This document shows positions 1-8,603 of a stretch of DNA of 64,000 nt, one piece after another; the first letter of the stretch is position 1; every line of letters begins with the position of its first letter. Made by a program: the position numbers and the translations under genes. The stretch comes from Candidatus Magasanikiibacteriota bacterium (GTDB taxonomy: Bacteria > Patescibacteriota > Patescibacteriia > Magasanikbacterales > UBA922). The notes under the pieces were generated by a model. The model ran no database searches and was not told the DNA's origin. It saw only the letters and a list, made by a program, of their open reading frames with translations. The DNA lies in assembly GCA_903837125.1 (NCBI GenBank), contig CAILTG010000055.1:2199-66198 (forward strand), written 5' to 3'.

Positions 1-1601
1 GGAATTGCTCCACCTTTAATATCATCAACAAATTCAAAACCTTTACCCTGTTCTTGTGGCTCTAAACGCAACCAGCAATGACCATACTGACCACGTCCAC
101 CAGATTGCTTAATATATTTGCCTTCAGCCTCAGCACTTTGACGAATAGTTTCTTTAAAAGCTACCTGTGGAGCACCGACATTAACACCCACATTAAATTC
201 TCTTTTCATGCGATCAACAATAATTTCCAAATGCAATTCTCCCATACCAGAAATAATGGTTTGCATAGTTTCATCATCAGTACGAATTCGAAATGATGGA
301 TCTTCTTCTGCTAATTTCTGCAAAGCCATACCCATTTTTTCTTGGTCAACTTTGGTTTGAGGCTCAACAGCAATATGAATAACCGGTTCGGGAAAAACAA
401 TTTTTTCTAATAACACTGGAAATTTTTCATCACACAAAGTATCACCAGTGGTAGTGGCTTTAAGTCCAATAGCCGCAGCAATTTCTCCAGAGTAAACATC
501 AGTTACATCTTCGCGATGATTGGCGTGTAATCGCACAATGCGACCAATTCTTTCTTTTTCACCATTAGAAGAATTTAAAATATAAGAACCAGCGGATAAA
601 TGACCAGAATAAATGCGGAAAAAAGTTAAACGGCCCACAAATGGATCAGTGGCCACTTTAAAAGCATAGCCCACAAATGGTGCTTCATCGTTTACTTTTA
701 CTTCAATTTTCTTTTCATCTTCATCTGGATCCTGTCCAAACAAAGTTGGCTTGTCTAAAGGTGATGGCAAATATGCTACCACTCCGTCGAGTGCCAATTG
801 TACACCAATATTTCCCAAAGCTGAACCACAAAATACCGGATAAATTTCATCTTTTAAAACCAAAACGCGAATGGCTTTTTTAATTTCTTCAATACTCAAT
901 TCTGTACCGTTTAAATATTTATTCATTAAATCATCACTGGCCTCGGCCACTTTTTCCACCAACTGCGCACGATATTTTTCCACTTCTTCTTTCAGGTCTC
1001 CTGGTATTTCAATTTCCACAATATTTATACCATGATCACCTTCAAATTTAAAAGCTTTTCGTTCAATTAAATCAATAATACCGGAAAAAGTTCCTTCAGC
1101 CCCAATTGCCAACTGCACGGCAAAAGCTTTTCCTGACAATCTTTCTTTAATAGAATCTAAACTCATGTAAAAATCCGCGCCAACTTTATCCATTTTATTA
1201 ACAAAACAAATTCTCGGTACGCGATATTTATCAGCCTGATGCCAAACAGTTTCTGATTGTGGTTCCACACCTTGTGAACCATCAAACAAAGCTACTGCTC
1301 CATCTAATACACGAAGAGAGCGCTCCACTTCTACAGTAAAATCCACATGACCTGGAGTATCAATAATATTAATACGATGGTCTTTCCAAAAACAAGTGGT
1401 AGCTGCTGAAGTAATAGTAATACCACGCTCTTTTTCTTGTTCCATCCAATCCATTTCAGCCGCACCTTCATGCACTTCACCAATTTTATGTTTTTTACCA
1501 GTATAAAAAAGCACCCGCTCGGTAAAAGTAGTTTTACCAGCATCAATATGGGCCATAATGCCAATATTTCTGGTTTTATCTAAAGTATATTCTCGAGGCA
1601 T
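1..1601 (-). CDS. fusA: Elongation factor G (3' end runs off the window)
   Basis: Manual translation from ATG at 1601: [35 protein letters not shown]...[11 protein letters not shown]...DTPGHVDF...NKMD; follows rpsL-rpsG. Confidence 0.98.
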   Translation of the reverse strand, partial: MPREYTLDKTRNIGIMAHIDAGKTTFTERVLFYTGKKHKIGEVHEGAAEMDWMEQEKERGITITSAATTCFWKDHRINIIDTPGHVDFTVEVERSLRVLDGAVALFDGSQGVEPQSETVWHQADKYRVPRICFVNKMDKVGADFYMSLDSIKERLSGKAFAVQLAIGAEGTFSGIIDLIERKAFKFEGDHGINIVEIEIPGDLKEEVEKYRAQLVEKVAEASDDLMNKYLNGTELSIEEIKKAIRVLVLKDEIYPVFCGSALGNIGVQLALDGVVAYLPSPLDKPTLFGQDPDEDEKKIEVKVNDEAPFVGYAFKVATDPFVGRLTFFRIYSGHLSAGSYILNSSNGEKERIGRIVRLHANHREDVTDVYSGEIAAAIGLKATTTGDTLCDEKFPVLLEKIVFPEPVIHIAVEPQTKVDQEKMGMALQKLAEEDPSFRIRTDDETMQTIISGMGELHLEIIVDRMKREFNVGVNVGAPQVAFKETIRQSAEAEGKYIKQSGGRGQYGHCWLRLEPQEQGKGFEFVDDIKGGAI

Positions 1602-1671
1602 AAATGTTGGTTATAAAGTTAAAAGTTTATAAAGTAATAAAGTTGGCAATAGTCCATTGACTAGAGTCAAT

Positions 1672-2148
1672 TTATGCCCTTCGAGCAAAGTGAGCAAAAG
1701 CTTTATTAGCTTCGGCCATGCGGTGCACATCTTCTCTCTTTTTTAAAGACGCACCAGTGCCTGCTAAGACATCACTCATTTCAGCTAATAACTTTTCGGC
1801 CATAGTTTTTTCTTTCCGAGATTGAGCCGCAATAATAATCCAGCGAAAAGCCAAAGCATTCTGGCGATCAGAAGTTACTGGCATTGGCACCTGATAATTG
1901 GCACCACCTACACGCACTGAACGTACTTCTACTTGTGGTTTTACTGTATTCATTACTTTTTCAAAACCTTTAAGAGCATCCTCTTTATTTTTTTCTTGTA
2001 ATTTTTGCATAGCAGAATAAACGATTTTTTGCGCCACAGTTTTTTTACCACGTTTCATTACAGTGTTAATAAATTTAGCTACCAACACGCTGTGATATTT
2101 TGGATCTGGGGCAATTACCCGTTTTACTGCACTTTTTCCTCTTGGCAT
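1672..2148 (-). CDS. rpsG: 30S ribosomal protein S7
   Basis: PDPKYHS...GKKTVAQKIVY...VRVGGANYQVP...HRMAEANKAFAH; str operon order. Confidence 0.98.
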   Translation of the reverse strand: MPRGKSAVKRVIAPDPKYHSVLVAKFINTVMKRGKKTVAQKIVYSAMQKLQEKNKEDALKGFEKVMNTVKPQVEVRSVRVGGANYQVPMPVTSDRQNALAFRWIIIAAQSRKEKTMAEKLLAEMSDVLAGTGASLKKREDVHRMAEANKAFAHFARRA

Positions 2149-2227
2149 ACAACAGTAAGTTAAAAGTTATAAAGTTATAAAGTAAAAAGTTGACTATAAT
2201 CTATTGACTATTTGTTATAATCCAAGA

Positions 2228-2668
2228 TTACTTTGCTGCAACTTTTGCACCGGCTTTTGGTCTCTTGGCTCCGTATACTGAACGACCTTTTCTACGGTTA
2301 GCTACTCCTTGAGTATCATAAACACCACGAACAATATGATAACGTACACCTGGTAAATCTTTTACTTTGCCACCACGGATTAGTACGATTGAATGTTCCT
2401 GTAAATTATGTCCTTCACCTGGAATATAAGCAATTACTTCCACGCCATTTGATAATCTAACCTTGGCTACTTTACGCAAAGCAGAGTTTGGTTTTTTTGG
2501 TGTAGTGGTATAAACCTTGGTACACACTCCGCGCTTAAATGGCGCACCACGTCTTAATTCAGTTTTCTTCCTATGCAAACTGTCATAGGTAAACTGCAAG
2601 GCTGGAGCCTTGGATTTCTTTTTGGCCATGTATCTGCCCTTGCGCAGAAGTTGATTCATTGTTGGCAT
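2228..2668 (-). CDS. rpsL: 30S ribosomal protein S12
   Basis: MPTMNQL...[20 protein letters not shown]...[13 protein letters not shown]...[12 protein letters not shown]. Confidence 0.99.
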   Translation of the reverse strand: MPTMNQLLRKGRYMAKKKSKAPALQFTYDSLHRKKTELRRGAPFKRGVCTKVYTTTPKKPNSALRKVAKVRLSNGVEVIAYIPGEGHNLQEHSIVLIRGGKVKDLPGVRYHIVRGVYDTQGVANRRKGRSVYGAKRPKAGAKVAAK

Positions 2669-2818
2669 AACTTTGAATTAATTACTTAAATTATAAATTA
2701 AAAAATTGCCCTTTAGGGACAACGAATGAATAACTAAAAATAGTTTTCAAACGTTTACCCAATGGGTACATTCACCTTTATCTGTCATGACGACAGAGGT
2801 TACTACGTAAGTGGCGAT

Positions 2819-2847
2819 ATGATAAACTATTTAAGAAGGGTTGTCAA
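2819..2847 (-). promoter_or_regulatory. sigma70 promoter of the str operon
   Basis: Minus strand TTGACA-17 nt-TATCAT followed by ATCGCCA. Confidence 0.75.
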
Positions 2848-2883
2848 GGGGATGTATATTTTTATATGTATTTTGTATTGTGT

Positions 2884-3504
2884 TTAGAAGTAGCCCACTC
2901 CTCCTGTAAACAACCTATATAAAAAAATAATGACCGGAGTAATAATTTGAAAACCAAAAAAAATAAAAAATAATAAAATTACAAAACCATAACGATTTAA
3001 AAATTCGGCTACGCGGTATTGGGAATTTGGCAGTAAGGCAAATAGTAATTTAGAACCATCTAAGGGTGGAATGGGCACTAAATTAAATACTGCCAAGAGC
3101 ACATTGGCATAAACTATAATTGATAAAAATATTACCAAAGTAGAATCAACTGGCAAAAAACGCATGAATATTCCAAAGGCCAGAGCCAAAATAATATTGG
3201 CTGCCGGGCCAGCCAAACCCACAGCTACTGACCCCCATTTTTGATTTTTAAGATTATAAGGGTTGTAAGGCACAGGCTTAGCATAAGCAAACAAAAAACT
3301 CCCGCCAGAAATAAAAAATAAAAATAAAGGCATTAAAATAGTACCCCATAAATCAATATGTGGGATAGGGTTCATAGTCAACCGCCCGGCATAACGCGCA
3401 GTGGGGTCACCCAGCTGATCCGCCATCCAACCATGAGCATATTCATGCAAGATGGATGAGGGAATGATAATAAGAAAGAAAAATAAGAGAGGAAGATACT
3501 GCAT
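2884..3504 (-). CDS. Site-2 protease family (M50) membrane zinc metalloprotease
   Basis: HEYAHG, GRLTMNP, LAGPAAN and FNLVPIPPLDG motifs; multiple TM segments. Confidence 0.93.
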   Translation of the reverse strand: MQYLPLLFFFLIIIPSSILHEYAHGWMADQLGDPTARYAGRLTMNPIPHIDLWGTILMPLFLFFISGGSFLFAYAKPVPYNPYNLKNQKWGSVAVGLAGPAANIILALAFGIFMRFLPVDSTLVIFLSIIVYANVLLAVFNLVPIPPLDGSKLLFALLPNSQYRVAEFLNRYGFVILLFFIFFGFQIITPVIIFLYRLFTGGVGYF

Positions 3505-3509
3505 AAAAA

Positions 3510-3622
3510 AATTTCTAATTTACTAATTTCTAATTCACCTAATAAAATGCTAAATGCTAATTATTATTTTAATATTTAGAATTTTATTAGTAAATTTGGT
3601 GAATTAGGTGAATTGGTAATTT
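3510..3622. repeat. Inverted micro-repeat element (aattcacct / aggtgaatt units), copy 1
   Basis: Left arm tctaattcacctaataaaatg (3529-3549) is identical to 7921-7941; right arm attttattag...ggtgaattaggtgaatt. Confidence 0.8.
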
Positions 3623-3705
3623 GTAAGTTTGTTCTTGACAAAACAACGCCTTATAGGTTATACTCTTTTCACTATTCATTCTATCATATCTAATAAAAAA
3701 ACTCT

Positions 3706-3870
3706 ATGTCAAGAATTTGCACTGTTTGCAATAAAGGCAGTAAACGAGCGGCCTACCGTTCACACGCCAAAAATAAAGTATTAAAGCGTCAAATGCCAAA
3801 TTTGCAACTTTCCAACGGAAAACTAGTATGCACCAGATGCATTAGAAGTCAGGCTAAAAAATCCGCTTAA
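3706..3870 (+). CDS. rpmB: 50S ribosomal protein L28 (54 aa, CxxC/CxxC zinc-ribbon form; below the ORF-track cutoff)
   Basis: MSRICTVCNKGSKRAAYRSHAKNKVLKRQMPNLQLSNGKLVCTRCIRSQAKKSA*; TTGACA-18-TATACT upstream (3635-3664). Confidence 0.93.
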   Translation: MSRICTVCNKGSKRAAYRSHAKNKVLKRQMPNLQLSNGKLVCTRCIRSQAKKSA

Positions 3871-3872
3871 AT

Positions 3873-3904
3873 AAAAAACTCGCCATTTCTAAGGCGAGTT
3901 TTTT
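3873..3904. terminator. Bidirectional intrinsic terminator
   Basis: aaaaaactcgcc-atttctaa-ggcgagtttttt between convergent genes. Confidence 0.85.
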
Positions 3905-3920
3905 AAAACATATTTATCTA

Positions 3921-6440
3921 TTATTTTATAATAATTCCTGTAGTACAAATTCCACCGTTTTCTTGAATGCCAATAATATCTACTAGAGCACCAGTCTGTA
4001 TGGCAGTCTGCAACAATTGCTCTAAATTGACAACTCTTTGATCACAAGTAGTGATACCAGTGATACTGCCCTTAGTTAAGGCCAAATAGTTTGTAAAACT
4101 ACCATAACCATCACCGTCAGCATACTTTTTTACAACTCCTGAAAATCCTTCTGGTGTGCCTGTTAAAGGAACAACTACAGACAGACTTTCTACACAAATA
4201 CCACCATTGGTTTTTGTACCGCTTACTTCCACCTTCAAACCAGTTTTGATGGTAGTATTAATAAAATTTTTGAGATACAAAATGTTTTTATTACAAACAT
4301 CTAAACCAACTTGCACGCCCTTATCTAACTCTATGTAAGTTGAAAAACTACCATAACCGCCATCAGCAAATTCTCCCAAGTATCCACTATAAGTTTCTGT
4401 TACAGATTGCACCACAGCTTCAACAATAAAATTTTGACTATCTCCATAAACTTTATTGTTCACACCAACACGAATGAAATATTTTCCAGGAGCTATGTCT
4501 GTCCCAGGAGTCCAATTTGCCGTTCCTTTAAATAAAGCTGGTACGGTATAGATAGTTTTAACAAAATTTCCCTCTGAGGTATAAAGATCAAGTTTTCCCT
4601 CCTGATTATCCAAACCTTGCAAATCAATTACTTGCCATTTTACCAGATACTCAGTTCCTTGAGTAATTTTTACACCTTCAAAAGGAGCAATAACTTGGAC
4701 TGCATGGCCATCTGATGCCACCACATTAAAATTTTGACTATCTCCATAAACTTTACTATTCACACCAATGCGAATAAAATATTTTCCAGATGGTATATCT
4801 GTTCCAACATTCCAATAGCACGTTCCTTTAGTTAGATTTGGTACAGTGTAAACAGTTTTAACAAAATTCCCCTCTGAAGTATAAAGATCAAATTTACCTT
4901 CTTGATTATCAAGACCCTGTAAATCTACAATTTTCCATTGTATAAGATAATGGTCTCCTGGTTTAATTTGTTCACCTGAATTTGGGGTAATTACTTGAAT
5001 AGCCGAACCAGGTAAGTAATCTTTTATTACCTGAAAATTTAAAGTCACTCTATTATTTCCTTTAAATAATTCTGGAGCGTAATCCTCATAATCAGCAAAT
5101 AAAGTAACAACATATTCTCCTGCCCCTCGGCTAGGAGTAAAAATAAAACTCATGGAACAACTTTGTTGAACTTTTATAACTGAATCATTCCGACAGGTAT
5201 CATCCAAAGGTGCTGTTGCCCGAAAAACAGCTTCACCAGCATATTTTAATTCCATACCAAATGTATGTTTGGCTTCATAATCTTTGGTACCATTATTTCT
5301 AACATTAAACTTAATGGTTACCTCTTCTCCTGGTTTAAAATTTAATTTGCTAAGAACAGCATTCTCAATAACTAAATCAGGAAGATTTTGTATAAGTGAA
5401 TTCTCAATCACAAATACATCACTATACCAATACAACCCTTCACCATTTTTATCAAGATCAATTCTTAATTTCCAAGTGCCTGGCAAAATATTTTTAACAT
5501 CCCAAAACACCTGATTTTGTGTTATATCGCTAGCAGTAAACAAATCCATGGCTTTTTTGCCTGAAGGATACCAAACGCTTATATAACCTGGAGTTCCTGC
5601 GGGAATATTTTCAACATTCCACATTATTTTATATTGAGTACCAACCTTAAGTCGAGTGTTAAAATCAAGATTAGCAAAAACAATTTTTTTATTTCCTTGA
5701 TTTTCTTTATTATTATCAACCTCATTTTTAACAGCCACTTCATTAATCTGGCTTACAGTTTGCTGCTGCACATTTTTTACCATTAATTCTGTAGATTCAA
5801 CCTGACTAACAACTTTTTTAATTTCAGATTCATTAACCGGTAAATTTTGGTCCAACAAACCCTGAAGAACACTATTATAGGTTTCCAAAGAACTTTGAAT
5901 TTTATCTAGAAGTGCATAAACTGATTCCGTATCACCCATTTTTTCTAAATTTTTTGTGGCACTAGCAACCTTAGCAGTTTGTTTCATAACTTGGTTTTCT
6001 GTATCTTTAACCAGTTCACTACTTAAACTTCCTGTTTTGGCAACAACTTGTTGCATTTCTTTAAGACGCAGATTCAGTCTTTCCGCTTCCCAATTTGCTT
6101 TTTCTTTAGTTGAAAATATTAAGGCTGATTTTATTTCTTCAGAAACATTAACCTTTATTGGATAAAGCATGTCTCCTGGCAAAGCACCTTGAGCAGCCCA
6201 AACTGTGCCGCTACCAGCTCCAAAAATAATAACTAAAATCAACATTGCATAAGCAAATTTTCTATTAATTGAGAAAAATGAAAACTGAAATAATGAAGGG
6301 GGTTTTTCTTTTTCCATATTTTTATCTTTAAGAGGATTGGCGTTCAGGTAATCCAAAACTACACCATCCATAATGTTTTTCTCCTCCTCTGTTAAGTAAA
6401 CAGAATTTTTAATTTTTTGTATTTTCTCCGGAGTACTCAT
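3921..6440 (-). CDS. Putative membrane anti-sigma factor with a large extracellular region (DUF5667-like helical domain, CARDB-like Ig domain, repeated Ig-like domains)
   Basis: Overlaps the ECF sigma 3' end; one TM then AAQGALPGDMLYPIKVNVSEEIK (DUF5667-like); LPDLVIEN...NNGT...ELFKGNN (CARDB-like); 300-nt internal duplication (4431 vs 4731). ATG 6440 preferred over TTG 6449. Confidence 0.7.
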   Translation of the reverse strand: MSTPEKIQKIKNSVYLTEEEKNIMDGVVLDYLNANPLKDKNMEKEKPPSLFQFSFFSINRKFAYAMLILVIIFGAGSGTVWAAQGALPGDMLYPIKVNVSEEIKSALIFSTKEKANWEAERLNLRLKEMQQVVAKTGSLSSELVKDTENQVMKQTAKVASATKNLEKMGDTESVYALLDKIQSSLETYNSVLQGLLDQNLPVNESEIKKVVSQVESTELMVKNVQQQTVSQINEVAVKNEVDNNKENQGNKKIVFANLDFNTRLKVGTQYKIMWNVENIPAGTPGYISVWYPSGKKAMDLFTASDITQNQVFWDVKNILPGTWKLRIDLDKNGEGLYWYSDVFVIENSLIQNLPDLVIENAVLSKLNFKPGEEVTIKFNVRNNGTKDYEAKHTFGMELKYAGEAVFRATAPLDDTCRNDSVIKVQQSCSMSFIFTPSRGAGEYVVTLFADYEDYAPELFKGNNRVTLNFQVIKDYLPGSAIQVITPNSGEQIKPGDHYLIQWKIVDLQGLDNQEGKFDLYTSEGNFVKTVYTVPNLTKGTCYWNVGTDIPSGKYFIRIGVNSKVYGDSQNFNVVASDGHAVQVIAPFEGVKITQGTEYLVKWQVIDLQGLDNQEGKLDLYTSEGNFVKTIYTVPALFKGTANWTPGTDIAPGKYFIRVGVNNKVYGDSQNFIVEAVVQSVTETYSGYLGEFADGGYGSFSTYIELDKGVQVGLDVCNKNILYLKNFINTTIKTGLKVEVSGTKTNGGICVESLSVVVPLTGTPEGFSGVVKKYADGDGYGSFTNYLALTKGSITGITTCDQRVVNLEQLLQTAIQTGALVDIIGIQENGGICTTGIIIK

Positions 6441-6939
6441 ACTGAACAAAATTTACTTTTAATTTTTTTAATCCTCTATGCAGATTCACTGCTACATAAT
6501 TTTCTGATTCGCCAACAATAAAAGCTATATCTTTTATTGGTAAATCTTCAATTAATCTCAATTGGATTAATTCTCTATATTTCTCATCCAAACCTTCAAT
6601 TTCCTGCTTTACAGCCATAACATCAAGATAATCTTGTTTGTTACACTGTTTTTTATCAACCAGATCAAAACCAGCTTTCATCATTTTTTCCAATGAATCT
6701 GCACTTTTTTTCTTACTATTGTCTACAATCAGGTGATAGGCAGTTTTATATAGAAAAGCTCTTGGCTGTTCTATTTCTTTTCCATCTACCAGATATTTCC
6801 AGGCCCTCATAAATGTTTCCTGGGCCATTTCTCTGGCTTTTTCTCTGTCATACACCCGAAAAAAACAATAGCGAAAAATCTCATCCGAGTACTCATTATA
6901 GGCGTCTATAAATTGTTCTTTTTTTTGTTCCGCGGTCAC
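6409..6939 (-). CDS. ECF-type RNA polymerase sigma-70 factor
   Basis: AYNEYSDEIFRYCFFRV...AQETFMRAWKY...RAFLYKTAYHLIVD (region 2); IKDIAFIVG...VNLHRGLKKL (region 4). Probable GTG start 6939 (track extends to 7038). Confidence 0.92.
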   Translation of the reverse strand: MTAEQKKEQFIDAYNEYSDEIFRYCFFRVYDREKAREMAQETFMRAWKYLVDGKEIEQPRAFLYKTAYHLIVDNSKKKSADSLEKMMKAGFDLVDKKQCNKQDYLDVMAVKQEIEGLDEKYRELIQLRLIEDLPIKDIAFIVGESENYVAVNLHRGLKKLKVNFVQYEYSGENTKN

Positions 6940-7040
6940 ATGGTATATGACTACCTTAGAAGCTAAAACATTACACTTTATTATAAAGCAAAAGGACAAT
7001 AAAAACAATAAAATCAATATAAAAAAGTTCTTACCCAATC

Positions 7041-7069
7041 TTGAATTATTTTATCTTTATTGTTATAAT
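7041..7069 (+). promoter_or_regulatory. sigma70 promoter for tRNA-Pro
   Basis: TTGAAT-17 nt-TATAAT with extended -10 TG. Confidence 0.75.
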
Positions 7070-7153
7070 CATCAAACAACGGGCTATATGTTCCATATGC
7101 CCCGTTCTCGCTCGAAAATGATAAAATGAATTTTTCATTTCAGCTCACTCAAA

Positions 7154-7226
7154 CGGGCTATAGCGCAGTTGGTAGCGCGCATGCATGGGGTGCATGAGGC
7201 CGTGAGTTCAAGTCTCACTAGCCCGA
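7154..7226 (+). tRNA. tRNA-Pro(GGG), CCA not encoded
   Basis: CGGGCTA/TAGCCCG acceptor; D arm GCGC-AGTTGGTA-GCGC; CATGC-AT GGG GT-GCATG anticodon arm; GTGAG-TTCAAGT-CTCAC T arm. Confidence 0.96.
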
Positions 7227-7232
7227 CAAAAC

Positions 7233-7262
7233 AAAAGATCCCGTTTAACCGGGATCTTTTTT
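7233..7262. terminator. Intrinsic terminator after tRNA-Pro (possibly bidirectional)
   Basis: aaaagatcccg-tttaac-cgggatctttttt. Confidence 0.85.
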
Positions 7263-7353
7263 AGTGTTTGATAATGTTATAATTGCTAGCGAATCACAAG
7301 CGGAAACTTGTTTCCATTTGGGACGAGCGACGCAATTTCAAGCGCGTTAGCGC

Positions 7354-7740
7354 TTATATTTTCAAATCATCTACTGCACTGGTGTCTACATCATCGTTGT
7401 TCATACTAGACATACTAGATGAGTTAGACATATTTGACATACCCATACCACCAGACATACCAGGATTACTCATTCTTGGACCACGTCCGCCTATTGGTTC
7501 ATTAATTTTTAAATTAACTCGAGCATTATTTTTGGCACCCACAATTTTTAATAAAGTGCGGATAGAACGAGCGGTTTGACCTTGACGACCAATTACATAA
7601 CCCATGTCTTGAGGATTGATGTCCAATGTTAACAATACGCCTCTTTCGTCAACTGTGCGAACTACTTTTACATCGTTAGGATTGTTGACAATACCCTTAA
7701 CTATGTATTCAAGAAAATCTTGATCGCTAATATTTGCCAT
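7354..7740 (-). CDS. khpA: KH-domain RNA-binding protein KhpA/YlqC with low-complexity tail
   Basis: FLEYIVKGIV...DMGYVIGRQGQTARSIRTLL (GxxG loop); downstream of rpsP. Confidence 0.9.
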   Translation of the reverse strand: MANISDQDFLEYIVKGIVNNPNDVKVVRTVDERGVLLTLDINPQDMGYVIGRQGQTARSIRTLLKIVGAKNNARVNLKINEPIGGRGPRMSNPGMSGGMGMSNMSNSSSMSSMNNDDVDTSAVDDLKI

Positions 7741-7820
7741 AACTTTACATTACATTTATAAATTAACAAGGAACTGTTCGACTCCCTAGCAATAACCAGG
7801 GCAGTTCTTGGAGTGGAATT

Positions 7821-7849
7821 ATTATATCATTATTATATTTGCCTGTCAA
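7821..7849 (-). promoter_or_regulatory. Consensus sigma70 promoter for khpA
   Basis: TTGACA-17 nt-TATAAT, extended -10. Confidence 0.8.
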
Positions 7850-7899
7850 CCCACTGTTTGTTAACATCTAAAAATTAATTATGCCAACAATATTTTGTG

Positions 7900-8008
7900 A
7901 ATTCTTAATTCACCTAATTATCTAATTCACCTAATAAAATGACAAATTCCAATTATTTTTATTTAAAATTTTATTAGAAATTAGGTGAATTAGGTGAATT
8001 GAAAATTT
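7900..8008. repeat. Inverted micro-repeat element (aattcacct / aggtgaatt units), copy 2
   Basis: Homologous to 3510-3622. Confidence 0.8.
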
Positions 8009-8009
8009 T

Positions 8010-8036
8010 AAAATCCGCCTCTTCGGCGGATTTTTT
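8010..8036 (-). terminator. Intrinsic terminator after rpsP
   Basis: aaaatccgcc-tcttc-ggcggatttt. Confidence 0.75.
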
Positions 8037-8363
8037 CTATACTTTTGGAGCTGCGGCTGCTTTCTTTTTATCCATTTTTATTTTTCTTCTGCCAGTAATG
8101 GAAACTACTTTCTTTTTCTTACCCTCAATCATTTTATTTTCTATCAGTAAATTATTTACTGTTTCCGACATCTGTGCGCCCACCGACAACCAATATTTTA
8201 TGCGATCAACCTTAAACTGGACTACTTTTGGTTTCGTGGTAGGGTTATAAAAACCCAAATTTTCCAAAGCACCATACTGAGTATCATGACGCTTATCAGA
8301 AACAATTAAGCGATAAGAAGGCTGTTTTATTTTACCCATTCTTTGTAAACGAAGTATTAACAT
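8037..8363 (-). CDS. rpsP: 30S ribosomal protein S16
   Basis: MLILRLQRMGKIKQPSYRLIVSD...LENLGFYNP...YWLSVGAQMSETV. Confidence 0.97.
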   Translation of the reverse strand: MLILRLQRMGKIKQPSYRLIVSDKRHDTQYGALENLGFYNPTTKPKVVQFKVDRIKYWLSVGAQMSETVNNLLIENKMIEGKKKKVVSITGRRKIKMDKKKAAAAPKV

Positions 8364-8475
8364 AACAGTTTAACAATTTAACCTGCCTACCGGAAAGGCA
8401 GGCAATTTAGCAATTATTTTTCTCTTTCTCTGCCCAAAACGGGAATTAGGAGAATAATCTTGACGGATTGGCGAT

Positions 8476-8504
8476 ATTATAGACAATCAGCAAATTTTTG
8501 TCAA
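8476..8504 (-). promoter_or_regulatory. Consensus sigma70 promoter for rpsP
   Basis: TTGACA-17 nt-TATAAT followed by ATCGCCA, the same discriminator as the rpsL promoter. Confidence 0.8.
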
Positions 8505-8603
8505 GAATCACTAAACCTAACACGAATCTACATTAATTCAATTAATTGTTTGGATTACTTTTTAATGTTATTATAATCATACTAAATATAAGTAATAAAA
8601 CTT

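Noticed and set aside
6940-7038. N-terminal TM extension on the ECF sigma
   Set aside because: It comes from an upstream TTG in AT-rich promoter sequence; sigma homology begins near GTG 6939
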